Of a stretch of DNA of 64,000 nt, positions 41,485 to 51,758 are shown in pieces (position 1 is the stretch's first letter; every line of letters starts with the position of its first letter). Below the pieces are notes generated by a model. That model did not search any database. It was not told the origin of the DNA and saw only the letters and a program-made list of their open reading frames with translations. The position numbers were made by a program, and so were the translations under genes. Origin of the DNA: Candidatus Poribacteria bacterium (GTDB lineage: Bacteria > Poribacteria > WGA-4E > WGA-3G); contig CAXXLX010000001.1 of assembly GCA_963665235.2 (NCBI GenBank), positions 2,528,001-2,592,000 on the forward strand, given 5' to 3'.

Positions 41485-41645
41485 GATTACCTCCCCTTAT
41501 AAAATGTAGTTTGGACAGTTTCATCTTGCCTTTCATTATTTTGCTGCTAGTCTACCTACTACGCAGACAGTCTTTATCGTGCAGCATTGGCATCTGTCGC
41601 CAGCGGTCGCGCTTAATCAACGCGCTAATTTGATTGAACACTAAT

Positions 41646-41674
41646 AGTATAATACATATTTTGCCACTTGTCAA
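41646..41674 (-). promoter_or_regulatory. Sigma70-type promoter
   Basis: TTGACA-17nt-TATACT on the minus strand, about 160 nt upstream of ATG 41484. Confidence 0.65.
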
Positions 41675-41828
41675 GGGGAGTGTGTAAGAGACAGGCGATA
41701 AATCACCCTACTACAAACTACCAACTATGATAAATGCTTCTACGATTACTGAAGGCCTACGACACAACGGGATGCCCTACTATAGGAGCGGGCTACTTGC
41801 CCGAATACTGAACGGGTGTACAAAAACT

Positions 41829-43985
41829 TTACACACCCGGGGTTTCATTTATCGGAGGGTGAGGACAGAGGAACATACCGCTTCCATCTCGGCTTAACAG
41901 TGCTGCGATGTCTTCCGGAACCTTCACACCATGCTTTGCCTCAAAGTCTGCAACGCTTTCGTAGGCGTTATGGAAGGCAGCGACGATGTCAAATCCCATG
42001 TCCTTGGCGGCACTGAGATCCGCTTTGGCTTTCTCCCATTCACTTAGATACAGCCACACCTGGCCCCGATTGACATAGACAGCGGTATACTCGGTTTTCA
42101 AATCAATGGCTTTGGTATAGTCTTGTATAGCCGTGTCTAAATCGTCTTTTTGGTGGTAAGCAAGACCCCGATTGTAATAGGCAGTGGCAAGTTCAGGTTT
42201 CAACTCTATTGCTTTGCTGAAGTCTATTATTGCCGTGTCTAAATCGCCTTTTTGGTGGTAAGCAAGACCCCGATTGTAATAGGCAGCGGTAAAATCGGGG
42301 TTCAAGTCTATTGCAGTGTTATAGTCTTGTGTAGCCGTGTCAAGTTCGCCTTTATCCTTATAAGCATTGCCCCGATTATTATAGGCAACAGGAAAATCGG
42401 GATTCAAGTCTATCGCGTCAGTATAATGCCCAATAGCTTTATCATACCACGCTTGTTTTTCCGCCGGATCCCTCTCCGAACGCCCACGTTCATGGCAGGT
42501 AAGTCCCTTATAAAACTCCGTATAGGCACTCTTGTGGGTTCTGCGGTTTTCAATGAATCCTTGGAGGTCGTTGTAGATGGTTTCGGGTGAGATGTTGTGG
42601 TGCTTTTGGAGATGGTCCAGCATGGCCCTTTTCAAGTCTGCTGGTATATCTACGACAGCGTCTGGCTCAACAACACCGCTGGGAGATTGAACGAAGAGGT
42701 GCTTCTGGACACCAGCACGTTCGATCGTTCTGGGCGGTTTTACGACTTCGTAGGCTTCGGCCTCTTTTTTAAGCAGGATGACCTTCCCGGGCTTGTAGTG
42801 GTTGCCATCGCAGGCGAAAAAGAGGGCGACGAGATAGTCCTCCGTAAAGTCAATAAGGTTTGTCTTTACACCGTGGTGCTGGAGCTCCGTGAGGATTTCA
42901 AGGTCGTCCATTTTATGGGTGGTATATTCTCTCGCTTCTCTCAGAATTTCCTCTTGGACAACCGCTATATCAAAGTTTTCTGCTTCAATATCAGCCTCGT
43001 ATTCTCGGTAAAGATTTGAGGAGACTTTATCATAGGGGGCAGAGCCAGACTCACCGCGGTAGATATAGTCCCCTTCGGCAGATTTTTCCGCTATCTCGGT
43101 GATCTTTTCCAAGACGCGGCTAAGGGGTGTTTCTCCTTTTCCATCTCTCCTCAACAGTGCTGCAATGTCTTCCGGCATCTTCACGCCAAGTTCCGCTTCA
43201 AAGGCTGCAATGCTTTCGTAGGCGTTATGGAAGGCAGCGGCGATGTCAAATCCCATCTTCTTGGAGGTAATTAGATCTGGTTTGGCTTCCTCCCATTCTC
43301 GCAAGCGCAACCACACCAACCCTCGATTGTAATAGGCGGTGGTATATTTAGGGTTCAACTCTATCGCTTTGCTATAGTTTTTGATAGCGATGTCCAAACT
43401 ATCTATTTCGTTGTAAACATTGCCCATATTGTTATAGGCGGTGGCATATTTAGGTTTCAACTCTATCGCTTTGCTATAGTCTTGTACAGCCTTATAAATC
43501 TCGCGTTTCTCCCTATAAACACTGCCTCGATTGAGATAGGCTTCGGCAAGTTCAGGTTTCAAGTCTATCACTTTATTGAAGTCTTGAAGTGCCAAGTCAA
43601 GTTCGCCTTTTTTGCCGTAAGCAATGCCCCGATTGGTATAGGCAGTGGCATAGTCAGGTTTCAAGTCTATCGCTTTATTGAAGTCTTCGATAGCTGCGTT
43701 AACATCGCCTTTTTTGCCGTAAGCAATGCCGCGACTGTTATAGGCTCCATCAAACTCAGGGTTCAAGGCTATGGCTGTATTATAGTCTTCGATAGCCGTG
43801 TCAAACTCACCTTTTGCAGCGTAAGCAGCACCCCGATTGTTATAGACATGGGCAGACTGTGGGGTCAAGTCTATGGCTTTATTGAAGTCTTGAAGTGCCA
43901 AGTCAAGTTCGCCTTTTTTATAGTAATCAATGCCCCGATTGTTATAGGCATCGGCATCCTTAGGGTGGTCAGTTTGTGTATTCAT
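41829..43985 (-). CDS. TPR-FRG-TPR protein
   Basis: TPR arrays flank an FRG domain (YIYRGE, LQHHGVKTNLIDFT..YLVALFFAC). Confidence 0.88.
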   Translation of the reverse strand: MNTQTDHPKDADAYNNRGIDYYKKGELDLALQDFNKAIDLTPQSAHVYNNRGAAYAAKGEFDTAIEDYNTAIALNPEFDGAYNSRGIAYGKKGDVNAAIEDFNKAIDLKPDYATAYTNRGIAYGKKGELDLALQDFNKVIDLKPELAEAYLNRGSVYREKREIYKAVQDYSKAIELKPKYATAYNNMGNVYNEIDSLDIAIKNYSKAIELNPKYTTAYYNRGLVWLRLREWEEAKPDLITSKKMGFDIAAAFHNAYESIAAFEAELGVKMPEDIAALLRRDGKGETPLSRVLEKITEIAEKSAEGDYIYRGESGSAPYDKVSSNLYREYEADIEAENFDIAVVQEEILREAREYTTHKMDDLEILTELQHHGVKTNLIDFTEDYLVALFFACDGNHYKPGKVILLKKEAEAYEVVKPPRTIERAGVQKHLFVQSPSGVVEPDAVVDIPADLKRAMLDHLQKHHNISPETIYNDLQGFIENRRTHKSAYTEFYKGLTCHERGRSERDPAEKQAWYDKAIGHYTDAIDLNPDFPVAYNNRGNAYKDKGELDTATQDYNTAIDLNPDFTAAYYNRGLAYHQKGDLDTAIIDFSKAIELKPELATAYYNRGLAYHQKDDLDTAIQDYTKAIDLKTEYTAVYVNRGQVWLYLSEWEKAKADLSAAKDMGFDIVAAFHNAYESVADFEAKHGVKVPEDIAALLSRDGSGMFLCPHPPINETPGV

Positions 43986-44158
43986 GTGTGTTTTTCCTTG
44001 GCAGGTGCAGGGTATTCTATCTGATATTCACCGCTTGTCTTTGAAAATGCTGTTCTCAACACAGTTTCTATTAAAAGGTCTCCCTTACATTCAGAAATAT
44101 GTTAATAGGATAACATACCCGGCTTAATTTGTCAAAACACTCTTTAGCCCCTCATGCC

Positions 44159-44407
44159 TTAGAGTTGTTCTTCGTTGTCGTCACTTTCAAGCTGGATTCG
44201 ATCAAAATCATATTCAATCAGCCTGATAACCCCGGGGTGCCTGTCGTATACGACGCCGATGGATGCAATTGTTTCTCCAGTTCCCGAGGGATGCTCGAAT
44301 TCAAAAATATCGCGGATTTCCCCGGGATTACCATCTACAATGATCCTATCGCCAGCTTTCCAATCTTTTACATGTCGAAACGGAATGTAATTAGTTACAT
44401 CAGCCAT
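44159..44407 (-). CDS. Small hypothetical protein
   Basis: 82 aa with RBS AAGGAG. Confidence 0.65.
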   Translation of the reverse strand: MADVTNYIPFRHVKDWKAGDRIIVDGNPGEIRDIFEFEHPSGTGETIASIGVVYDRHPGVIRLIEYDFDRIQLESDDNEEQL

Positions 44408-44437
44408 AGTCTAAAATACTCCTTTCTGTTTCTATTA

Positions 44438-44699
44438 CTAAAGTTTGGACAATTTGTCTGAGTTTGCTGAGAGAAACGGAGATGTCCTCATCTATTTACC
44501 GCGTCCGGCCGGCACGTCGTCCCTCTCCTGATTTAACAAATAGTGCTCATGTTTGAAAACATCGCATCAGTCCGAAGTGAAGCACAGTTTGCTACCTCTG
44601 ATGCGCCCGTGTGCTAGGAAACGATTAGAATCTATCAGACATTTTCCAAACTTTCACTTTATCACTTTGAATTATACACACAATTGCATCTTTTATCAA
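44438..44699 (-). ncRNA. Promoter plus candidate structured RNA ending at a transposon-type TIR (copy B)
   Basis: TTGATA-17-TATAAT at 44699-44671. Homologous to 58539-58913. The 5' and 3' ends are complementary. Confidence 0.55.
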
Positions 44700-44732
44700 A
44701 TTTTTTCTGTTTTTCATCTTCGCTGTATGGGT

Positions 44733-45535
44733 TCATTTGAAAATGAGGTCAGTAGATCGGAATTTGAGTCGATCTTCTGTTTCAATCTCTGTTATAACTT
44801 TCCGCACATCAGTTTGGGATAAAATTTGCAATTCCCAGAGCAGTCGCAAAATATCAACTAATACCATTTTTATTAATTATTCTATCATTACCGGTTGTTA
44901 GAAATCAAACGGAGAACGGAAGACACGAACTGGAAGTTTATGCTACAATAAAGAGCACAAACTGGAAGTTTATGCTACAATAAAGAGCACAAACTGGAAG
45001 TTTATGCTACAATAAAGAGCACAAACTGGAAGTTTATGCTACAATAAAGAGCACAAACTGGAAGTTTATGCTACAATAAAGAGCACAAACTGGAAGTTTA
45101 TGCTACAATAAAGAGCACAAACTGGAAGTTTATGCTACAATAAAGAGACATTTTCAATTAGAAATGGTATAAGTTGATACAATGAATCCTGTTTGTTTGG
45201 CAATGATGCATTACACGTCTATCGTTGCTTGCAAGAGTCGCTGTGAAACGTTTACAGAGTGCCATAGATTCGCGTTCTCCTGCACCGAGCGTTTGCGGTA
45301 AAGAACTCATAAACTCGTGATCCGCGAGCGTTGTATGATATGTGCGGATCTGTCCTTGCGTTTGCAGCGCGATGATGTTATCAGAAAAGTGGAATCCCTT
45401 TGAGACACCGGTTTTGATTTCATTTTCCACAGCAAATGCGATATTAAGCGTCTCCTGGTCAAAAACAGTGAACAGTAACGTCAAACGTTGAATCTTTGCA
45501 AAAATAGATAGGATGTCGGTATCCACGAAAATCAA
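44733..45535 (-). pseudogene. PIN-domain toxin split by MITE E2
   Basis: IFVDTD...LGAGERES...SND motifs. Removing 44862-45169 and one TTA restores a 163-aa ORF ending LVDILRLLWELQ...DLIFK. Confidence 0.85.
44862..45169 (-). mobile_element. MITE E2 with seven 32-bp REP-like units
   Basis: TIR TACCATTT/AAATGGTA. TAA duplicated at 44859-61 and 45170-72. Confidence 0.9.
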
Positions 45536-45861
45536 GATTCCTGCCCTTCTGTTCTACTTTTTGATTCGTGAAGACGCTTGATAGGCTCAATTCTCGCCTT
45601 CACCACTTCCGCCGACTCAACTTCGACGATTTTCCATATACCCCTCGCTGCCAAAGCCTCTTCAAACTCAAAACGGTGAATCCCTGCTAACTCAGCAGCT
45701 CTAGCAAGCGTCACTTCATCCGCTTGATATAGCGAAATCGCAGCATCCAATTGTGATTCCTCTTCAAGGGATTTAAGCAACTGCTCGCGCTCAGCTTTGG
45801 ACAGCTTATGTATGAGTGGTAATAGTTTTTCAAGTGTTATCGGTTCAGAGATTTGAATCAT
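45532..45861 (-). CDS. UPF0175 family antitoxin
   Basis: AISLYQADEVTLARAAELAGI..FEF...L..RGI motif; overlaps the start of the PIN gene. Confidence 0.82.
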   Translation of the reverse strand: MIQISEPITLEKLLPLIHKLSKAEREQLLKSLEEESQLDAAISLYQADEVTLARAAELAGIHRFEFEEALAARGIWKIVEVESAEVVKARIEPIKRLHESKSRTEGQES

Positions 45862-45982
45862 GGCAATTTACTCGCTAAGAATTTATCCAAACTCACTTTA
45901 TGAAGTCACGTACCATCAGGTGTTGTCAATAATGCTTAGTGCTAAATTTGCGTAAGTCCTATAGGTATAAGTAGCAGGATTC

Positions 45983-47869
45983 CTACTTGCCCCAGCCGCC
46001 GCCGCCTTGCTGTCTTCTGCGCTGTTGAAGGACAACGCGGTCCCCATCAGCGATGCCGCTTGTGACGATGACGCTCGTCTCGTTTTGCATGCCGGTTTCA
46101 ATAGGTGTTTTTGTGCCTTCACCGCCGGTGTCCATCATCACGAACTTCCCTCTTGACACGTTCACCTTCGCTTGAACGGCATTCGCTTTCTTTTCACCTT
46201 TAACTAAGAGTGAAACGGTGGAATCTCCAGGCATAATGCCGCGCTGGGAACTGTCTAGGTTAATTGTGATGTTGCCGCTTCCGGCACTTTCAACGGTGCC
46301 GTTGAAAATTTTCTCGCTGAGCGTCTGTATGGCAATCGGTTTGCCAACTTTGTAGGGGGAGGTATCGCTTACCTGTACGCTGGCGATGGCGGTGGTTTCC
46401 CGAATAACCGCATCGATAGGTACCAGTAGCACGTTCTTTTCCTCATAAGTGATGATGTCAACGTCAGCACTCATGCCGGGGCGGATTTCAGTAGGTGAAC
46501 CGACAACCTCTATCATTACCTCAAAGGAGATGATGTTGTCTTGCTGTTGTCCGCTCGGTGAAATTTCATAAACCCTACCTTCATATCTTTTCGTTTGGAA
46601 AGCGTCGATTGTGATGACCGCACGTTGTCCAATTTTCAGTCGCTCCATATCCACCTCGTTGATGAAGGTTTTGACGACCATTTTGGAGAGATCGGCGATG
46701 GTCATGATGGGTGGACTTTGTGAGAAGGCGGACCTGCCCGAGGTTACAATTTCCCCCTCTTCTATTGCGAGTTGTGTAACGGTGCCTGCCATAGGGGCTT
46801 TGATAACTGTCCAGGCGAGCCGTTCCTCCTGATTTTTTAGGCTACTTTGTCGCCGGAGTAGGTTCGCATCGGCGCTGACGCGGGATTGCTCTGTCAGCAA
46901 TTTTTCGTTGTCAATTGTCAGTTCAAGTTCCTGCAACTGCGTTTTGACGTTATCCAACCGAATTTGACTCTCCTCCTCCGATTTCTCGCGCATTTTTTTG
47001 AGATTATCACGGTTCAATTGCTGGTATTGCAGCTGTGCCTCTCGTGTTTTGATGGCTGTTTTGCGTGCTTCAATCGTCCGTTCTTGGGAAACAATCGTTT
47101 GCTTCTGCGATTCTACCCGTTTTTTGGCATTTTCATATTGTGAATTAGCCCCTGCGTGCTGCGTTTCTGTGTCCTCTAATGCCTTTTTGGAGACTAACTC
47201 TTTTTCATAAAGGGATTTATTTCGCGCTAACTCTGATTTCGCTGAATCTAAGGAAACCTTTGAGGAGTTGAGGGACGTTTCGTATTCCGCGAGCGTCAAT
47301 TTCGCTTGTTCAAGTGAAATTTTTGCCTGTTCGAGTGCAATTTTATCTTGGTCTAACAGGTTTTTCGTGGCTTGAATATCTGTTTCCGATTGGCTGAGCT
47401 GTGTCAACGTTGTTGCCTGTGCTGTTTCGAGATTCGCTTGTGCGATTTTGACAGAGGCTCTCGCCTGTGTCAGTTGGCTCTCCAACCGCTCTTTTTTGAG
47501 TTGGATGTTTAGTTTTGCCTGCATCAGCTGCGCTTCGGCAGCATTGACATCCGCCTGTGCCTGTTTCTGATCTTCTTGATATAACTCCGGATCGAGTTCC
47601 ACTAACACTTGGTCTTTTTCAACGTAAACGCCATCGTCAACATAGAGGTTAACAACTTCACCTTCAACGTTGGACTTTACCTCGACGTCGATAAGCGGTT
47701 CCAAGTTGCCGGTTGCCCGGATGCTCATTTCAAAATTGCCGCGTTTGACAAGTTCAATTTTGGGGGCGTACGCCGGGTCTGCGTCCCCTTTGGTGCGGTT
47801 AATCAAAAACCACCCCCCGGCACCTAAAATAACTACAATAATAGCGACCGTAATAATTATCTTTTTCAA
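45983..47869 (-). CDS. MacA/HlyD-like periplasmic adaptor with long coiled coil
   Basis: VEVKSNVEGEV, IKAPMAGTV and IRPGMSADV motifs. Confidence 0.9.
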   Translation of the reverse strand: MKKIIITVAIIVVILGAGGWFLINRTKGDADPAYAPKIELVKRGNFEMSIRATGNLEPLIDVEVKSNVEGEVVNLYVDDGVYVEKDQVLVELDPELYQEDQKQAQADVNAAEAQLMQAKLNIQLKKERLESQLTQARASVKIAQANLETAQATTLTQLSQSETDIQATKNLLDQDKIALEQAKISLEQAKLTLAEYETSLNSSKVSLDSAKSELARNKSLYEKELVSKKALEDTETQHAGANSQYENAKKRVESQKQTIVSQERTIEARKTAIKTREAQLQYQQLNRDNLKKMREKSEEESQIRLDNVKTQLQELELTIDNEKLLTEQSRVSADANLLRRQSSLKNQEERLAWTVIKAPMAGTVTQLAIEEGEIVTSGRSAFSQSPPIMTIADLSKMVVKTFINEVDMERLKIGQRAVITIDAFQTKRYEGRVYEISPSGQQQDNIISFEVMIEVVGSPTEIRPGMSADVDIITYEEKNVLLVPIDAVIRETTAIASVQVSDTSPYKVGKPIAIQTLSEKIFNGTVESAGSGNITINLDSSQRGIMPGDSTVSLLVKGEKKANAVQAKVNVSRGKFVMMDTGGEGTKTPIETGMQNETSVIVTSGIADGDRVVLQQRRRQQGGGGWGK

Positions 47870-47913
47870 ATTTAATTCCTCCTACAAGGTTTTCGGAAAA
47901 TCCGACACATCAG

Positions 47914-49230
47914 CTAATCCGTTCTTAGTGCTTCAACGGGCGTGAGTTTTGCCGCTTTATTTGCTGGATAGAGCCCGAAGAAAATGCCGATGGCTACAGA
48001 CACGAGTAAGGCAATAAACATTGTGCCAAATGAGATGACTGAGGGCCAATTGCTGCCTTCCCAGACAAATTTTGAGATAAGTGCGGCTGTCCCGCGTCCC
48101 ATAAAAATACCTAAAATTGCGCCGAGGATGCCACCAGAGAGTGTTAGCACAGATGCCTCAACTAGAAATTGGGTTAAGATGTCGTGGCGTGTTGCGCCGA
48201 GTGCTTTCCGTAAACCGATTTCGCGAGTCCGGTCGGTTACGGAGACGAGCATGATATTCATCACACCGATGCCAGCCACGAGCAGCGCGATGCCTGCAAT
48301 ACCCCCCATCAAGGCTTTCATCACTAACCCCACCTTTCTTGCTGTTGCCAATTCCTCTGTAGCGGTCCAGTATTGGTATTCTTCTCCGGTGTTGTTGTGT
48401 TGTCTGCCTAATACCTGTTTGGCATCTAGTATTGCGAGCGGAATTGAATCTACGTCTACGGCTTCCACACGAATACGTTCCACGTCTTGTCGTCCTTTAA
48501 AACGTTCTTGGAGTGTCGTAATGGGAATGATGAATCGGTCATCCCAGCCGGTGGTATCCATTGCGTCGCCTTTCTCTTCCATGACTCCGATGACCTTGAG
48601 GCGTACTTCATAGAGTCCGCTTCTGCCGCGCCAGTAAGAGGGTCGAGAGGCTTTAATCTCTTTTCCAACCGGATCTTCGTCGAAGAAAATCTCTTCCATA
48701 ATTTTAGAGCCGATAACTGCGACACTGCTTGAGGAGTCTACCTCATCAACGTTGAAAAACCTACCACGCTGCGGATACCAATTATGGGAGCGGTCGTATC
48801 CTGCGGTTGATGCGACAATCCGGGATTCCTTTGTCCTGCCTTTGTAGCTGACACTCCAGCCGGGCATATCGTCTTCTGCGACAACGTCGACAATCCCGCG
48901 TGCGTTCTTAAGGATTTCATACGCATCGTCGGTTTCCAAATGCTCGGCGCGGTTTCTTCGCCACCGGCCTCTGCTACGCACCGCTTCTCCTGCTGCGCGA
49001 CTCAACGTGCCTGCCTGCTTATCCCACTCATCACGATAGATTTCAATGACCTTCGTGCCGCCTGTCCGTTCAATTTCACGCAGCACCATTGCACTTGACC
49101 CGTCCCCTACGGAGACCATACTCACAACGGAACCGACCCCTACAATAATCCCTAAAATTGTCAGACTTGAACGGAGCGGGTTGCGCAGCAAACTAGAAAC
49201 ACCTAAAATGATACATTCAATCAGATTCAT
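47914..49230 (-). CDS. MacB-like ABC permease
   Basis: LTILGIIVGV, GIGVMNIMLVSVTDRTREIGLRKALGA and FGLYPA motifs. Confidence 0.92.
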   Translation of the reverse strand: MNLIECIILGVSSLLRNPLRSSLTILGIIVGVGSVVSMVSVGDGSSAMVLREIERTGGTKVIEIYRDEWDKQAGTLSRAAGEAVRSRGRWRRNRAEHLETDDAYEILKNARGIVDVVAEDDMPGWSVSYKGRTKESRIVASTAGYDRSHNWYPQRGRFFNVDEVDSSSSVAVIGSKIMEEIFFDEDPVGKEIKASRPSYWRGRSGLYEVRLKVIGVMEEKGDAMDTTGWDDRFIIPITTLQERFKGRQDVERIRVEAVDVDSIPLAILDAKQVLGRQHNNTGEEYQYWTATEELATARKVGLVMKALMGGIAGIALLVAGIGVMNIMLVSVTDRTREIGLRKALGATRHDILTQFLVEASVLTLSGGILGAILGIFMGRGTAALISKFVWEGSNWPSVISFGTMFIALLVSVAIGIFFGLYPANKAAKLTPVEALRTD

Positions 49231-49241
49231 TTAAATTTCTC

Positions 49242-50543
49242 CTAATCGGTGCGGAGTGCCTCAATCGGGGAAAGTGTAGAGGCTTTTATCGCAGGATACA
49301 AGCCAAACGATATACCGATTGCCGCGGAAAACGATACCGAAATCAATACCCACCGCATTGAGATAACCGCGGGCCACATGGGAACAATCTTGACAATTTT
49401 AACAGCGAGTAGTGCCATGCCTTCCCCAGCAAGCATGCCTAAACCGACCCCGATTGCACCACCTATACTACACATGACAATCGCCTCTATTAAAAACTGG
49501 ACAAGGATATCCAACCGTTTGGCACCGAGGGCTTTCCGTAGACCAATCTCACGGGTGCGCTCCGTGACAGCGACCAGCATCATGTTCATGATACCGATGC
49601 CGCCGACAAGTAGCGAAAATCCGGCGATGCTGCCTAGGGCAATCTTTATCACCTTCCCGATTTTGTCCAGCTGTGCCATGCCTTCACGCATATCGCGAAG
49701 ACTGAAGAAGTCGTCCTGATTCTTATGCCGTGCCCTAAGCACTGCCTTCACCTCTTCAATTGCATTCGGAATATCTTCGACAGTGTTGGCGTGGACAGAA
49801 AGCATCACAATCCGATCATTCCCGGTGAAACGTTCCTGTGTCGTTGTGAGCGGAATGAATACCATGTCGTCGAGGTTCCAGCCGAAACGGAGGCTGCGTC
49901 CCCGCGGCATCATCGTTCCGATGACGGTGAAACGTTCTGTTGTACGGGTCCGGTCTCTTCGTCCCCATCGGTCATATCGGTTGCCACCTCTGCCAATTTT
50001 TATCTCTTTCCCGACAGGTGACGCTGTGCCGAATAGTGCGGTGGCAACCTCTGTTCCCAAGACGCAGACCTTCGCTCGGTCCTCCATGTCCTCATCGGAA
50101 ATGAAACGTCCTTGCTGAATTCCCCAATCCATTGCTTCTGAAAATGAGGCGTTTACACCGTTATACCCGCTACGCGTTTCCCTGCCATCCGCTGCTTGAA
50201 TGTGAACCCCGCGCCACTCAGGAATGCGCGGTACAACCACTTTGACTGATGGACATTCTGCTTCAATCGCTAGAACATCTTCATATTCAAAGTACTCGTT
50301 GCTACGGTTCGGCATCCACCTGCTTCCTACACGCTTATAACTGCTGCGATACATCGTGAACTGATTGACACCGCCCAATTTCTGAGCATCTTGCAACACA
50401 ATGACCTTAGCACCATCACCGATAGCTATCATTGCCAGCACCGAGGCGACCCCGATGATTATGCCAAGCATCGTCAATAGCGAACGCAACTTGTTGCTGC
50501 GAATTGCAGAAATCCCAACGGATAACCCTTCAAGTAGACGCAT
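49242..50543 (-). CDS. MacB-like ABC permease
   Basis: Same family motifs; 433 aa. Confidence 0.92.
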   Translation of the reverse strand: MRLLEGLSVGISAIRSNKLRSLLTMLGIIIGVASVLAMIAIGDGAKVIVLQDAQKLGGVNQFTMYRSSYKRVGSRWMPNRSNEYFEYEDVLAIEAECPSVKVVVPRIPEWRGVHIQAADGRETRSGYNGVNASFSEAMDWGIQQGRFISDEDMEDRAKVCVLGTEVATALFGTASPVGKEIKIGRGGNRYDRWGRRDRTRTTERFTVIGTMMPRGRSLRFGWNLDDMVFIPLTTTQERFTGNDRIVMLSVHANTVEDIPNAIEEVKAVLRARHKNQDDFFSLRDMREGMAQLDKIGKVIKIALGSIAGFSLLVGGIGIMNMMLVAVTERTREIGLRKALGAKRLDILVQFLIEAIVMCSIGGAIGVGLGMLAGEGMALLAVKIVKIVPMWPAVISMRWVLISVSFSAAIGISFGLYPAIKASTLSPIEALRTD

Positions 50544-50805
50544 CTCTCTTCCTCACAAATTTTTCAAAGATAAACTTATTTAAGGTTAGACAGCAGTAAG
50601 GCAAATAAAGTTCGCTTAACTAACGCAATTGTTTTGCCTGTTTTGACGTAAGTCGACGCTATCGGTTTATTATTTTTTTTCGCGCCAGGTTAATGTATAG
50701 ACGTGAAATTTGTTTGACAAACTTAACTAGAATTTGTTATCATAAGTAAGCAGTTTTGAGAATTATTGAAGGATTAGAGAGCAGATTTAGTCATGGAAAC
50801 TTGTT

Positions 50806-51546
50806 ATGGCAACCTTATCCTCAAAAATAGAGTGGACCGAATCCACGTGGAACCCGGTACGAGGCTGCACCCGTGTATCAGAGGGTTGCAGATTTTGTTA
50901 CGCCGAACGAATTGCTGCGAGGTTTTCTGGTAAAGGCATGGCTTACGAAGGATTGGCGGAAAACACGAAAGCCGGGCCCCGATGGACACAGGAAGTTCGC
51001 ACGGTCCCCGCGCTACTTGAGGCCCCATTAAAATGGAAAACCCCCCGCCGAATTTTCGTTAACTCCATGAGCGATCTGTTTCACGAGAAAATTGAAGTAG
51101 ACTATATTCAAAAGGTCTTTTCCGTGATGGAAGCGGCGGATTGGCATCAATTCCAAGTCTTGACGAAGCGGGCAGAGCGATTGGAGAAACTCAGTCCACA
51201 GTTGCCGTGGCCTCCAAACGTCTGGATGGGAGTCAGCGTTGAAGATAGTCGCGTGGTGCATCGGATTGACGCACTCTGTCGGACAGGCGCGCGTATTAAA
51301 TTTCTCTCACTTGAACCGCTTATCGGCCCGCTCCCAGATTTGGTGTTGACAGGTATAGATTGGGTGATTGTAGGAGGCGAGTCCGGTCCTGGGGCGCGCG
51401 CAATGAAAAAGGAGTGGGTTATTGATATCCGCGACCAATGCGCGACAGAAAAAGTTCCGTTTTTCTTTAAGCAGTGGGGCGGCAGATTCAAATCGAAAAC
51501 CGGAAGACTGTTGGATGGCAAACTTTACAATGAAATGCCCGATTAA
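50806..51546 (+). CDS. Phage Gp37/Gp68 (DUF5131) family protein
   Basis: IEWTESTWNPVRGCTRVSEGCRFCYA, FVNSMSDLFH, WVIVGGESG and FFFKQWGG motifs. Confidence 0.92.
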   Translation: MATLSSKIEWTESTWNPVRGCTRVSEGCRFCYAERIAARFSGKGMAYEGLAENTKAGPRWTQEVRTVPALLEAPLKWKTPRRIFVNSMSDLFHEKIEVDYIQKVFSVMEAADWHQFQVLTKRAERLEKLSPQLPWPPNVWMGVSVEDSRVVHRIDALCRTGARIKFLSLEPLIGPLPDLVLTGIDWVIVGGESGPGARAMKKEWVIDIRDQCATEKVPFFFKQWGGRFKSKTGRLLDGKLYNEMPD

Positions 51547-51600
51547 AGTTTTTGCCGCATTTTCCATCAACATCCCATAAAATGCAAAGGGCAATGACGA

Positions 51601-51740
51601 TTATGTATAGAAATTATACATGTTCAGGCGGATATGTATAAAAAATCGCAAAAACTATACATATCGAGCAGGATATGTATAAAAACTATACATATTAGCC
51701 GCGATATGTATAAAAAACCGCAAAAATTATACATATACAA
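51601..51740. promoter_or_regulatory. Four ATGTATA...TATACAT palindromes (candidate operators)
   Basis: Short and long spacers alternate; located directly upstream of the Fic gene. Confidence 0.55.
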
Positions 51741-51758
51741 TTATTAGGACAGTGAAAC

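Noticed and set aside
44553-44822. Homologous small ORFs here and at 58466-58699
   Set aside because: They are antisense translations of the repeated element, run through its promoter and have different starts.
44925-45150. CRISPR array (32-bp repeat)
   Set aside because: Head-to-tail units without spacers, located inside a MITE.
50806-51546. Prophage
   Set aside because: A lone DUF5131 gene with no structural or integrase genes.
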